This document shows positions 38,082 through 48,538 of a stretch of 64,000 nucleotides of DNA, in pieces. Under the pieces are notes generated by a model that saw only the letters and a list, made by a program, of their open reading frames with translations, was not told where the DNA came from and made no database searches. This DNA comes from Bacteroidota bacterium. Its GTDB lineage: Bacteria; Bacteroidota; Bacteroidia; UKL13-3. The translations under genes were made by a program, and so were the position numbers. The stretch covers positions 132,215 through 196,214 of the forward strand of contig JBPXJS010000011.1 of assembly GCA_051715425.1 (NCBI GenBank), read 5' to 3'. Every line of letters starts with the position of its first letter. Position 1 is the stretch's first letter.

Positions 38082-39035
38082 ATGAAAAAATTTGATATAC
38101 AAAATACAAAAGACACCAGATCCGGTTTTGGAGCAGGTTTACATGAACTGGGAAAACGCAATGAAAACGTTGTTGCCTTATGTGCCGATCTCACGGGATC
38201 ACTTAAGATGGATGCATTTCAGAAAGATTTTCCTGAACGTTTTATTCAGGTGGGTATAGCAGAAGCCAATATGATAGGACTGGCAGCAGGTTTAACCATT
38301 GGAGGTAAAATACCATTCACGGGTACGTTTGCCAACTTCAGCACAGGCCGCGTGTATGATCAGATCCGTCAGTCAGTGGCATACTCCGGAAAAAATGTAA
38401 AAATTTGTGCATCGCATGCAGGTTTAACCCTGGGTGAAGACGGAGCCACACACCAGATATTGGAAGATATAGGCCTGATGAAAATGTTGCCTGGTATGAC
38501 GGTGATTAATCCATGCGATTATAACCAAACCAAGGCCGCAACTATAGCTATTGCAGATTATAACGGCCCTGTTTACCTGCGTTTTGGCCGCCCTGCTGTT
38601 CCTAATTTTACACAGGAAGATCAGGTGTTTCAAATTGGCAAAGCACTGATGTTAAACGAAGGAACCGATGTAAGTATTTTTGCTACCGGGCACTTGGTAT
38701 GGAAAGCCATTGAGGCCGGCCATATGCTTGCAGAAAAAGGAATCAATGCAGAGATTATTAATATACATACCATTAAACCTCTTGATGCAGCAGCGGTGCT
38801 GGAATCGGTACGTAAAACACGTTGTGTGGTAACGGCCGAGGAGCACCAGATGAATGGCGGACTCGGTGATAGCATTGCTCAACTGCTTTCAAGGAACCTG
38901 CCTGTACCTCTGGAAATGGTAGCTGTAAATGATAGTTTTGGTGAAAGCGGAACACCGGATGACCTGATGAAAAAATACGGACTGGAAGCGGCCAATATTG
39001 TAACAGCCGCAGAAAAAGTGATTAAAAGAAAATAA
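38082..39035 (+). CDS. transketolase, C-terminal (pyrimidine-binding) subunit
   Basis: 317 aa with Pyr-binding and C-terminal transketolase domains (GIAEANMIGLAAGL, GEDGATHQ). Confidence 0.85.
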   Translation: MKKFDIQNTKDTRSGFGAGLHELGKRNENVVALCADLTGSLKMDAFQKDFPERFIQVGIAEANMIGLAAGLTIGGKIPFTGTFANFSTGRVYDQIRQSVAYSGKNVKICASHAGLTLGEDGATHQILEDIGLMKMLPGMTVINPCDYNQTKAATIAIADYNGPVYLRFGRPAVPNFTQEDQVFQIGKALMLNEGTDVSIFATGHLVWKAIEAGHMLAEKGINAEIINIHTIKPLDAAAVLESVRKTRCVVTAEEHQMNGGLGDSIAQLLSRNLPVPLEMVAVNDSFGESGTPDDLMKKYGLEAANIVTAAEKVIKRK

Positions 39036-39053
39036 GTACAAGGTGTTATAAAC

Positions 39054-39089
39054 AAAAAAGAGGCTGCCTTAAAAGCAGCCTCTTTTTTT
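39054..39089. terminator. bidirectional rho-independent terminator
   Basis: aaaaaag-aggctgc-cttaaaa-gcagcct-ctttttt between convergent genes. Confidence 0.75.
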
Positions 39090-39110
39090 ATGTGAGGTTT
39101 TTACCTCTGA

Positions 39111-40721
39111 TTATTTTTTTGTACTTCTCTCTTCTGCCAGTTTAATGGCCGTGTAAGCATTTACAATAGCGCCTGTGCGGCATAGTTCAGTCATTTTTAT
39201 TTTCTTCTTTTTCTCTCCCGGAATAATTACTTTTTTCTTTACCGGAATAGCCGAAGTAAGGATAATATCCTTTACCTGTGCTGCAGTAAATTGCGGATAA
39301 TAAGACCTTATCAATGCAGCAACACCGGCAGTTACCGGAGAAGCCATACTGGTACCATCATAACTTGCATACGATGATACAGGAATACAGGAGTAAATAT
39401 CTACACCGGGTGCAAATACATCCACATTTGTTTTACCATAGTTAGAGAAGGTAGCAGTAATATGTTTACCGGTTTTCCATGAAGAGGCTCCAACCTCAAT
39501 CCATGTTTTAGATTCGGCACCTGTTTCATACACATCTCTTGGGAAATTATTGGTTGTATCAGAATTTTTGCTGTCATTTCCTGCTGCATGAATCATTAAA
39601 ACGTCTTTGCTTTCTGCGTATTTAATAGCCTCATCAACCGCCTTTTTGTATGGAGAGAATGATTTTCCGAAACTCATATTAATTACAGAAGCCCCGTTAT
39701 CTGCTGCATAGCGGATGGCATTGGCTACGTCTTTATCACGCTCATCACCATCAGGTACCACACGCAATACCATAATGCGAACATTATCGGCAACACCATT
39801 CATCCCTGTATTGTTATTTCTTACCGCGCCAATAATTCCGGCAACATGTGTTCCATGCTCGCCTTTTGGTCCGCTCACATAGTTGCTGCCATAATACCTT
39901 TCGTCCACATTGGTATAATTATCTCCAACCAGTACACGTGGATCAAATGAAGTATTGTAACCGTATTTTAATCCTTTGCCATAATGATCAACAGCTCCCT
40001 GCAACTGATCTGCAACTGTTGAAAGCGGAACCTTCTTTTTTGAAAGTCCTTCAATGGTTTTAAGGGCAATTGCTTCCACAGATGTGGTTGGAATCATTGA
40101 TTTAACCTGTTCCGGTGTGGGTGTTTCTGTACCAAATTGTTTAATAACGCGGTTAATGGTTTGAGAAAACGTATTATAAATATCAAACATTTTTTTGCTT
40201 TCGTTATATTTTTCCTCAAATAGTTTTTTGGCCTCATTAAACATTTCGTACTCCTTTTTTTCCTCAGCGTTTAATGCAGCCGGGTTTGCATTTTCGTACT
40301 TGGTTTTAAACGATGCATAAACCCTGGTCAGTTCATAAGAATCTTCTACCACGTTGGTGTCTTTGCCTCCAATAAAACTCCAGCCATTGATATCATCCAC
40401 ATAGCCGTTTTTATCATCATCAATTCCGTTTCCTGCCACTTCTTTAGGGTTTACCCAGATCACCGTTTTCAGGTCTTCATGGTTTACTTCGGTTCCACCG
40501 TCTATTACCGCAACAACAACTGTTTTAGACGTTTTGCCTTTTAGCAGCTCGTTGTATGCTTTTTCGGTACTTACACCGGGAACTCCGTTGTCTTTTGCAT
40601 CCAGGTTAAACCAGTTTGGCGGAGCGGTTTTTTGCGCAAAAGAGTAAACAAATGTCAGCGTTAACAATACGCTAAGGAATGATTTTTTAATAGTCATAAA
40701 ATAGTTATCTGTAAATATCAA
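39111..40721 (-). CDS. S8 family serine peptidase (subtilisin-like)
   Basis: D/H/S triad motifs (VAVIDGG, HGTHVAGIIGA, GTSMASPVTAG) and an N-terminal signal peptide. Confidence 0.85.
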   Translation of the reverse strand: MIFTDNYFMTIKKSFLSVLLTLTFVYSFAQKTAPPNWFNLDAKDNGVPGVSTEKAYNELLKGKTSKTVVVAVIDGGTEVNHEDLKTVIWVNPKEVAGNGIDDDKNGYVDDINGWSFIGGKDTNVVEDSYELTRVYASFKTKYENANPAALNAEEKKEYEMFNEAKKLFEEKYNESKKMFDIYNTFSQTINRVIKQFGTETPTPEQVKSMIPTTSVEAIALKTIEGLSKKKVPLSTVADQLQGAVDHYGKGLKYGYNTSFDPRVLVGDNYTNVDERYYGSNYVSGPKGEHGTHVAGIIGAVRNNNTGMNGVADNVRIMVLRVVPDGDERDKDVANAIRYAADNGASVINMSFGKSFSPYKKAVDEAIKYAESKDVLMIHAAGNDSKNSDTTNNFPRDVYETGAESKTWIEVGASSWKTGKHITATFSNYGKTNVDVFAPGVDIYSCIPVSSYASYDGTSMASPVTAGVAALIRSYYPQFTAAQVKDIILTSAIPVKKKVIIPGEKKKKIKMTELCRTGAIVNAYTAIKLAEERSTKK

Positions 40722-40775
40722 ATGTAAGAATATTGATTACTTAATCCACCCTACACTTACATAAAAGGTTAAATT

Positions 40776-41129
40776 TCAGGTTAACTGAAGAATTTCATGG
40801 ATGGTTTCGGCATCTCGGGTTATCCAGGCCTTATCGCCTTTAATAACAATCGGGCGTTCAATTAATTCGGGGTACGTTATCATGGCCTCAATTATTTGCC
40901 GGTCGGTTAAGTTTTTGCCTTCATACAGGGCCTGAAAAACCGGTTCTTTTTTGCGCAATAGTTCTTCCGGCCTCTTGTTAAGTTTTTTTAAGAGGGCAAG
41001 CAACTCTGCTGCATCAGGCTTTGTATTCAGGTAATCTATTATATGAATTTCTTCACCCGAAGAAATCAGGCTATCCAGAGCAGCTTTGCTTTTGCTGCAG
41101 GTAGGGTGGTGGTAGATGGTAAAAGCCAT
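40776..41129 (-). CDS. ArsC/Spx family protein (glutaredoxin-like arsenate reductase fold, YffB-like)
   Basis: 117 aa. N-terminal IYHHPTCSKS redox Cys. Confidence 0.7.
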   Translation of the reverse strand: MAFTIYHHPTCSKSKAALDSLISSGEEIHIIDYLNTKPDAAELLALLKKLNKRPEELLRKKEPVFQALYEGKNLTDRQIIEAMITYPELIERPIVIKGDKAWITRDAETIHEILQLT

Positions 41130-41192
41130 GCAGCAATAATAAAAAAAGCACGGAGAATAATTTCCGTGCTTTTAGAATAAAATATACCTGCG

Positions 41193-42083
41193 TTATCGGA
41201 TCATTATTTTCCGTGCCTGGTTTTTATCTCCCTCACTGATCATCAGCACATACATTCCTTTATTCAGGTGAGAAATATCTATACCGGTTTTGTTAAAACC
41301 CTGTATGGTGGCTACGTTTTTGCCAGTAATATCAGCAAGTGTGGCTGTAAATTTTCCTTCCAGCTCAATGTAAAGCATATCATCAGCCGGGTTCGGATAA
41401 ACAACAAAAGGGGTTGATAGCTGGTGTTTGATACCTGTATTTACCGATCCGCTTTGGCTTACCGTAATGGCTACAGAAGCACTGGTATTGGTGCTGTCAA
41501 CAGTAACCGAACGTGGTGCCGGATCTACTGTATTCACGATATCTGTACGAATCTGGTAAGTGCCCACAGGCAGGGATGTAGCATTAAATTTACCCGAATC
41601 ATTGGTATTGAGCATTTTAATCAGCACGGAATTGTTATATAACAATACCCTAACATTTTTTAACGGATCGCCCTCGCCTTTTAATAAACCTTCGGTTAAA
41701 GTGCCCGAAATGGAACAGGGGCCCATAGCTGCTGGATTTGGCAGCAGGCCTTCGTTGGAAAGAAATGAATCAGTATTGTTCAGGTTTATATCGGCTGCAT
41801 TCTCCCATAATTCTTTGCGTGGATGCCAGGTAGGCAGGTATTTATTATAGCGTGGATCAACATGAACACGGTAAATACCGGAAGAAAGGCTGTCGAATAA
41901 ATAGGTGCCCGTGTTTACAGTTCCCGTTTCTACAGATTGAAAAGTACTGTCGGCCTGTTTTTTATAGAGGGTAAAATCCATTAAGGTACCTCCAACGGCT
42001 GTTTCAACACGAATAAATTTTGTTTGGGCAAAAGCGCCAAAAGCGAAAGTGGTAAGGCAAAGAGAGAGTAGTGTTTTTTTCAT
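41193..42083 (-). CDS. T9SS C-terminal-target-domain secreted protein
   Basis: Signal peptide plus C-terminal Por sorting domain (VYPNPADDMLYIEL...GMYVLMI...KIMIR). Confidence 0.65.
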   Translation of the reverse strand: MKKTLLSLCLTTFAFGAFAQTKFIRVETAVGGTLMDFTLYKKQADSTFQSVETGTVNTGTYLFDSLSSGIYRVHVDPRYNKYLPTWHPRKELWENAADINLNNTDSFLSNEGLLPNPAAMGPCSISGTLTEGLLKGEGDPLKNVRVLLYNNSVLIKMLNTNDSGKFNATSLPVGTYQIRTDIVNTVDPAPRSVTVDSTNTSASVAITVSQSGSVNTGIKHQLSTPFVVYPNPADDMLYIELEGKFTATLADITGKNVATIQGFNKTGIDISHLNKGMYVLMISEGDKNQARKIMIR

Positions 42084-42161
42084 ACAAGGATTAATTTAAA
42101 GTTTTCGAAGTTAATCCTGCCTGGAAAAAGAGGCAATACGTTATAAAACGTATAAAAATAC

Positions 42162-42185
42162 AAAACCCCCGCTCCCGGGGGTTTT
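42162..42185 (-). terminator. GC-rich palindromic terminator (copy 1 of a duplicated ~80-bp segment)
   Basis: aaaaccccc-gctccc-gggggtttt. Second copy at 42366–42385 (ccccccc-gctccc-ggggggg). Both are followed by T-runs on the minus strand, downstream of the RND operon. Confidence 0.6.
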
Positions 42186-42571
42186 GCTACCCTATGAAAC
42201 ATTGCACCCCTACTCAAAAGGCGCAAAATCTTTATGCGATTGTTTTGATACTACATTGACAAGATTTGAGTCAATCCCGTTGCATGGAGTTCATTTTTTA
42301 TTTTTTTTTAAGAATTGAGGTTTCAAAAAAGGTAATAAATGTTGGTTACCCGACTAAAAAATGAACCCCCCCGCTCCCGGGGGGGTCACCTAGCCTATGA
42401 AACAATTGCACCTCTACTCATTGATGCAATATCTTAATTCAGTTGATCAAACGAATAACACTGCAAATGTATTGTGTTTTCTGTTAACTCACTATTAAAT
42501 GATTCAATTTTTGACTTAATAGTTGCTTAAAGTTTTTAAGTAATCTTAAGTTGTTTATTTCAATCTGTAAA

Positions 42572-45500
42572 TCAGTGAGAAGTTTTTATACCCAGTTTCG
42601 ATTTTAATTTCTCAGTAAGGTATAACATAACAGGCACCAGTATTAAAGTTAAGAACGTTGCAAATCCCAATCCGAATATCATGGTCCAGGATAATGGTCC
42701 CCAGAAGGCAACACTATCACCACCAAAGAAAATATGCGGATTACCTTCGGCAAATAATTTCACAAAATCGATGTTCAGTCCAACAGCCAGTGGCACAAGG
42801 CCTAAAATAGTTGCTGTTGCTGTAAGCAATACCGGTGTCATACGTGTACGTCCGGCTTCCACAATAGCCTCTCTTAAAGGCATTCCCTGTTTCATCAAAA
42901 TTTCAGTGAACTCTACCAGTAATATACCATTACGAACTACGATACCGGCCAATGCCACAATACCAACTCCGGTCATAATGATTGATATTTCCATTTTAAA
43001 GATGGAGAAGCCTAACAATACCCCTATGAGTGATAATAAAATTTCACTTAAAATAATGATAGGCTTTGATACAGAGTTGAATTGAGTTACCAGAATAAGG
43101 AAAATAAGTCCGAGTGAAACCAATAATGCTTTACCCAGGAAAGATCCTGTTTCTGCCTGTTCTTCCTGTTCTCCACCCATTTTAGTGCTTACACCAACAG
43201 GGAGGGGATAACGTTTTACGAGCTTATCAATTTTACCTACAATCTCATTGGCATTGTATCCGGATAAAACATTGGATGCTAAAGTAATAATTGGTTTTTC
43301 GTCAAGCCTTTTAATACCGCCAAATGTATTGCCGTATTGAATAGACGCTACTGAAGAAAGAGGTATTTGCCTGATTTGTCCACCCATATTCATATCACGG
43401 AAAGTGATTTTTAAGTTCATTAGCGCATCAATATTATTACGCTGATGTTCTTTATAACGGATTTGAATAGGATAATCATCATTGGCATCTTTAAATTTGG
43501 ATGCTTCAACACCAAACACTGCTCCGCGTAATGCCTGACCAACCTGAGCAGTAGAAATTCCTTCCCTGTTTGCACGTTCTCTGTCAACCACCACCAACAC
43601 TTCAGGTTTGTTTGATTGCACATCGGATTTTAACTCTTCTACTCCGGGAATTTGCAGCGAGTCGAGGTACCTTTTCAGATTACCTGCTGTGCTGGTAAGT
43701 TCATCAATATCATCACCACGTATTTCAATAGCAATTGGTTTACCGGTAGGAGGTCCGCCTTGTTCCTGTTCTACTGTAATTTCAGCACCGGGAACTCCCT
43801 TTACCGATTCACGGATAAGATCCAGGTATTTAGCGGTTGATTCTCCATTCCTCTTGGCAAATTCTACAAAAGCAACAGTAACTTTACCTAAATGCGGATT
43901 TGTATTAAAATTATTTTCAAACTGAGAAGGATCACCCGCACCCACGGCAACGTTGGAGATAATGGATTCCACTATCGGGTTACGTTCACCCACCACTTTA
44001 TATACACGGTCTTCTACAATTTTTGTGATAGAGTCTGTATAAGCCTGATCTGTTCCTATAGGTAAAGTGATATAGGTAAACACAAAGTTTGGATCGGCCT
44101 GAGGGAAGAATACCACTTTAGGGGCCCTTACGGCTGTAAAGAAAATGGTAAATATAAATAACCCAACGGTTCCTAAAATAAGCCATACCGGCCTGCGTTT
44201 GTGCAGCGACCATTCAATAATGGATTTATATTTATCCTGAACCTTTGGCCATGTTTTATTCTGAAACGTTTGAATCCATTTGTATAATACAAACCTGTTT
44301 AATGCATACAATCCAAATAAAGTAATGGCAAAATTGCCAAGGCCAAAGTTTCCACTCAGGTAAGATAATAGGGTAATCACTCCAAAAATGATGGCGGTGA
44401 ACCTGAATTTTTTTGTATTTTTTCTTTGGCGTTCTTCTTCTTCATGGGTTTTCATAAAATCAACAGCAAACACCGGGTTGATAATATAAGCCACCACAAG
44501 AGAGGCCAGCAAGGTTACAATTAAAGTTACCGGAAGAAAAAACATAAACTTACCAATTACACCTTGCCAGAATGCTAAAGGAATAAAAGGAGCAAGGGTG
44601 GTGAGTGTTCCTGAAAGTACCGGAAGAAATACTTCTCCCGCTGCCAGTTTTGCCGCCTTCTTAATTGGCATTTTTCCATTCCCGAAAATCCGGTGTGTAT
44701 TTTCAATTACCACAATGGCATCATCAACTACAATACCCAGTGCCAGCAGGAAAGAGAATAATACGATAAAGTTTAATTTAAAACCAATAACCGGAAATAC
44801 AAGGAAGGCTACAGCACAGGATAATGGAACCGACATAGCCACAAAAATGGCGTTGGTTGTTCCCATAAAAAACATCAGGATAAGTGTTACCAGTACAAAA
44901 CCAATAATAATGGTATTGATCAGGTCGTGCAGGGTTACACGCGTTTTTTCAGATTGATCTCCTGTAACCGTTACTTTTAATCCGGGAGGAAAAACTTCTT
45001 TTTCATAACGTTCAGAGATTTCACGGATTTTATCTGAAGCATCCAGCAGGTTTTCACCACTGCGTTTAATTACATTCAGGGTAATTACATTTTTATGATC
45101 GAGGCGGGCATAACTTTCTTTTTCTTCATACCCGTCAACAATATCAGCAATATCTTTTAAGTATACAGTGGCACCTGTAGAACCGCGGATCACGATATCG
45201 CCAATTTTTTTAGCGTCTTTGTACTGACCTATCACATTAATGGAGCGTTTTAGTCCATCCATATTTACAAGTCCGCCAGAGATGGTTACATTTTCACTCG
45301 AAATGGCACCAATAATATCCTGAAATGTAATATTAGCTACTTCCGCTTTATAGATATCCACGTTCACCTGAATTTCGCGTTCCAGTGCACCCACCATATC
45401 GGCACGGGTAATTTCCTTCAAACCTTCCACTTCATCTTTCAGGTCTTCGGCATATTTTTTCATTTTATCCAAGGGCAGGTCACCGGAAATGTGCACGTTC

Positions 45501-45940
45501 ATAATTGGCATTTGAGAAACGTCAATATCAGTTACACCCGGATCATCGGGCAGGTTATTGGGAAGATCGTTTTTTGCTTTATCCACCGCATCTTTTACGC
45601 GTTGAAGGGCAAGGTCCACATTCTGATCCGTATTAAACTCTACGTTAATCAGGGTAAAATCCTGAACGGAATTACTCTTGATCTTTTTAACACCGGTAAT
45701 GGTTTTTAATTGCTTCTCAAGTGGTTTGGTTACCAGTTGCTCCATATCTTTTGGAGAAGTACCAGGGTATACACTGGTAATTAAAATACTCGGAAATTTT
45801 ACTTCCGGGAATTGCTCTTTAGGCAAAGCTATATAGGAGAACAGGCCGGCCAGGGTAATGATAATGGTGAGTATATAAACACTCGTTTTATTATCAATTG
45901 ACCAGCTTGATGGTTTAAATTCTTTTTCCAGGTCTTGCAT
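42572..45940 (-). CDS. efflux RND transporter permease subunit (AcrB/CzcA family)
   Basis: 1122 aa, 12-TM RND architecture with two large periplasmic loops. Confidence 0.9.
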   Translation of the reverse strand: MQDLEKEFKPSSWSIDNKTSVYILTIIITLAGLFSYIALPKEQFPEVKFPSILITSVYPGTSPKDMEQLVTKPLEKQLKTITGVKKIKSNSVQDFTLINVEFNTDQNVDLALQRVKDAVDKAKNDLPNNLPDDPGVTDIDVSQMPIMNVHISGDLPLDKMKKYAEDLKDEVEGLKEITRADMVGALEREIQVNVDIYKAEVANITFQDIIGAISSENVTISGGLVNMDGLKRSINVIGQYKDAKKIGDIVIRGSTGATVYLKDIADIVDGYEEKESYARLDHKNVITLNVIKRSGENLLDASDKIREISERYEKEVFPPGLKVTVTGDQSEKTRVTLHDLINTIIIGFVLVTLILMFFMGTTNAIFVAMSVPLSCAVAFLVFPVIGFKLNFIVLFSFLLALGIVVDDAIVVIENTHRIFGNGKMPIKKAAKLAAGEVFLPVLSGTLTTLAPFIPLAFWQGVIGKFMFFLPVTLIVTLLASLVVAYIINPVFAVDFMKTHEEEERQRKNTKKFRFTAIIFGVITLLSYLSGNFGLGNFAITLFGLYALNRFVLYKWIQTFQNKTWPKVQDKYKSIIEWSLHKRRPVWLILGTVGLFIFTIFFTAVRAPKVVFFPQADPNFVFTYITLPIGTDQAYTDSITKIVEDRVYKVVGERNPIVESIISNVAVGAGDPSQFENNFNTNPHLGKVTVAFVEFAKRNGESTAKYLDLIRESVKGVPGAEITVEQEQGGPPTGKPIAIEIRGDDIDELTSTAGNLKRYLDSLQIPGVEELKSDVQSNKPEVLVVVDRERANREGISTAQVGQALRGAVFGVEASKFKDANDDYPIQIRYKEHQRNNIDALMNLKITFRDMNMGGQIRQIPLSSVASIQYGNTFGGIKRLDEKPIITLASNVLSGYNANEIVGKIDKLVKRYPLPVGVSTKMGGEQEEQAETGSFLGKALLVSLGLIFLILVTQFNSVSKPIIILSEILLSLIGVLLGFSIFKMEISIIMTGVGIVALAGIVVRNGILLVEFTEILMKQGMPLREAIVEAGRTRMTPVLLTATATILGLVPLAVGLNIDFVKLFAEGNPHIFFGGDSVAFWGPLSWTMIFGLGFATFLTLILVPVMLYLTEKLKSKLGIKTSH

Positions 45941-45980
45941 ATCTTTCTTTGTTTAAAATCGTTTAGTAAAAAAGCACATC

Positions 45981-47141
45981 TTAGAATCTTACAGCCTGGT
46001 TTTCGGTAAGGTCCTGAAACCCTGTTGTAATCAATTGTTCTCCCGAAGTAAGTCCGCTTATGATTTCTGCTTTCCCGTTGTACATGGCACCTACAGCAAC
46101 TTCACGTTTTTGAGCCACTTTACCTTTGCCTTTTTCAACCGCAACAAATACCACATCTTTACCATCAATTTTTTGCACGGTATTAATTGGTACCACAATG
46201 CTGTTTGGTTTTTTGTAATCAATTACCCGAACCTGCACCACCATATTGGGGCGGTATACATTTTCTGAAGGAAGGTCTATTTCCACAGCAAATGTGCGTG
46301 TCATCGGATTAATTACTTTGGCAGTATAGCTCACCGATGATTTAACTGATTTGTTGATATCAGGGAATACAAGCAATGTTTCGTCACCTGTTTTGATATT
46401 GCTGGAGTATGATTCCGACACATCGGCTTTTACTTTGAGCTGACCAAAATTAACCACGCGGGCACAAGGCATTCCAGGGCCAACTACCTGTCCGGGTTTA
46501 ATGTTTACCTCATCTACTGTTCCGTTGATAGGAGAAATAATTTTATACATTTTTTCATTCTCCACCAGTTGATTTAGTTTTTGCTCCAATGATTCTTTAT
46601 TGGTTTTGGCTTGTAAAAACTGGATTTCAGTTCCAACTTTTTGTTCCCACAGATTTTTTTGTTTGTTGTAAACTTCTGTTGCCAGTTTCAGGTTGGTTTT
46701 CAGATCAGCAATTTGCGCATCGGTCATTTCATGTTCAACCTCTGCCAGAATTTGACCTTCTCTTACGATGTCGCCAGCTTTTACATTTATTCTGCTGATG
46801 CTGCCACCCATTTTAGCGGTAATGGTTACATTCTCATCACCCTCTACACGTCCCTGCACATCAATGCTGTGTTCAAAAGTTTCTGCGCTTACAGGTGTTA
46901 CTGCAATATATTTTGCTTTGGCATCTTCCGCGGAGGTTGTGTCGCCCGAAGAGGCAATTTCCACTTCCAGGGTTTTAATCTGTTCGGCAATTTCTGCCTG
47001 TTTTGCTTTTAGTTGTTCCAGTTCGGCTTTTTTAGCTTCGATACCTTTATCGCCACCGCATGAAGTGATTGCGGTTAAGATGGCTAATCCGATCATTAAA
47101 TGAATAAGTGTTTTCATATATGTTTTGTTTGTAATTTCCAT
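45981..47141 (-). CDS. efflux RND transporter periplasmic adaptor (MFP) subunit
   Basis: 386 aa. Lipoprotein signal, coiled-coil hairpin, biotinyl/lipoyl-like and beta-barrel domains. Confidence 0.85.
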   Translation of the reverse strand: MEITNKTYMKTLIHLMIGLAILTAITSCGGDKGIEAKKAELEQLKAKQAEIAEQIKTLEVEIASSGDTTSAEDAKAKYIAVTPVSAETFEHSIDVQGRVEGDENVTITAKMGGSISRINVKAGDIVREGQILAEVEHEMTDAQIADLKTNLKLATEVYNKQKNLWEQKVGTEIQFLQAKTNKESLEQKLNQLVENEKMYKIISPINGTVDEVNIKPGQVVGPGMPCARVVNFGQLKVKADVSESYSSNIKTGDETLLVFPDINKSVKSSVSYTAKVINPMTRTFAVEIDLPSENVYRPNMVVQVRVIDYKKPNSIVVPINTVQKIDGKDVVFVAVEKGKGKVAQKREVAVGAMYNGKAEIISGLTSGEQLITTGFQDLTENQAVRF

Positions 47142-47152
47142 AGTTGTTTAGT

Positions 47153-48526
47153 TTATTTAATATTACCTGTTGCCTGTTTTAGTTTTAGTTGAGCCAGAAA
47201 ATAATCATACATGGTGGCTAAATAATTGGTGCGGGCATTGTCCAGGTCATTTTGAGATACAGTTAGTTCCAAACTTGAGCCAACGCCATTGTCAAACTTT
47301 ATTTTGGTACGGTTGTAAATTTCCTGTGCCAGTTGCATATTTTTTTCCTGAATACTCAGTTGCTGTGCCGCTCTTTCCAAAGTGAGTTTTGATTCTAAAA
47401 CTTCCTGATCAATGAGGTTCTCCATTAATTGCATGGTGTTTTCTGTTTTTTTCAGATTAATTTTAACCTGCTGTATTTGCGATGATTTGCGTAGACCATC
47501 AAACACAGGAATACTTAGATTTAATCCCCAAACTGTTCCTGGATACCAGGTTTTACCTAGTTCGCCAAAAGATTGTCCGAATGAATTTTGCTGATGAGAA
47601 ATAAAACCTGCAAATGAGGGTGCATATCCAAACTGATATCTTTTTTTGTTGAGGTTGTGAAGTTTGTATTGTTGCTCGAGCATTTGGTACTCAATCCTGT
47701 TTGAGTAGGCAGTTTTTGTATCAGGTAAAGGTGTTGAAGAAGCAGATTTGTAAAGTTCATCAAGGTTGTCTGTTAAAACAATTGGCTCATTTACGTTCAT
47801 GCCCATTTGAAGCTTAAGAAGCATTTCAATGATTTTTTCCAGGTCAATTATTTTATCTCTTTGCAATTGAAGATTTGATAATTGAAGTGTTAACCTGTCG
47901 AGTTCTGTTTTTTCAACAAAACCGTTTTTATAAAGTTGTTCAACATCTGTTTTGCTTTTAGTGAGCGTAGTGATGTTGCTTTCCATTAGTTGAACATTGG
48001 TTTTGGAAAGTAATGCCAGGTAATATGCTTTACTTACGCTTACCTCAGTTTCAATCTCGGTGCGTTGTGTGTTCAGGCGTGAAAGATTCACGAATTCCCG
48101 GGAGGCTTTTACACCCATCAAAAAACCACCATCAAACAAAAGTTGGGATGCGGTGATACTTCCACTTGCCGAAAATTTCTGTCCAAATTGAGCTTCAATA
48201 ATGTCGGGAATACTGGCTGCAGAAGCTGGATTGGCTGCTACCAGAGAAGGTTTTAAAAAATTGGGTAATACTTGTGTAGGTATCTGTAAATTGTTATTGA
48301 AAGAACCACTTGCATTTACCTGAGGAAGTCCGTTTGCAAGAACTTCATTTACCTGTTTTTGAGCAGACACTATATCCAACTTTCCATTTTTTATATCGGT
48401 ATTGTTCTGTCTCGCAAAAGCTACCGCTTCCTTAAGCGAGAATTTTTTGGGTTCTGATGTGGCTTGTTGAGCTTGTATTGAATAAATACAGCTTGTTACT
48501 AGAATAAAAATGATCAATCTTTTCAT
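47153..48526 (-). CDS. TolC family outer-membrane efflux protein
   Basis: 457 aa. Signal peptide and tandem coiled-coil repeats typical of OEP/TolC. Confidence 0.85.
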   Translation of the reverse strand: MKRLIIFILVTSCIYSIQAQQATSEPKKFSLKEAVAFARQNNTDIKNGKLDIVSAQKQVNEVLANGLPQVNASGSFNNNLQIPTQVLPNFLKPSLVAANPASAASIPDIIEAQFGQKFSASGSITASQLLFDGGFLMGVKASREFVNLSRLNTQRTEIETEVSVSKAYYLALLSKTNVQLMESNITTLTKSKTDVEQLYKNGFVEKTELDRLTLQLSNLQLQRDKIIDLEKIIEMLLKLQMGMNVNEPIVLTDNLDELYKSASSTPLPDTKTAYSNRIEYQMLEQQYKLHNLNKKRYQFGYAPSFAGFISHQQNSFGQSFGELGKTWYPGTVWGLNLSIPVFDGLRKSSQIQQVKINLKKTENTMQLMENLIDQEVLESKLTLERAAQQLSIQEKNMQLAQEIYNRTKIKFDNGVGSSLELTVSQNDLDNARTNYLATMYDYFLAQLKLKQATGNIK

Positions 48527-48538
48527 ATACGTGGTTTT

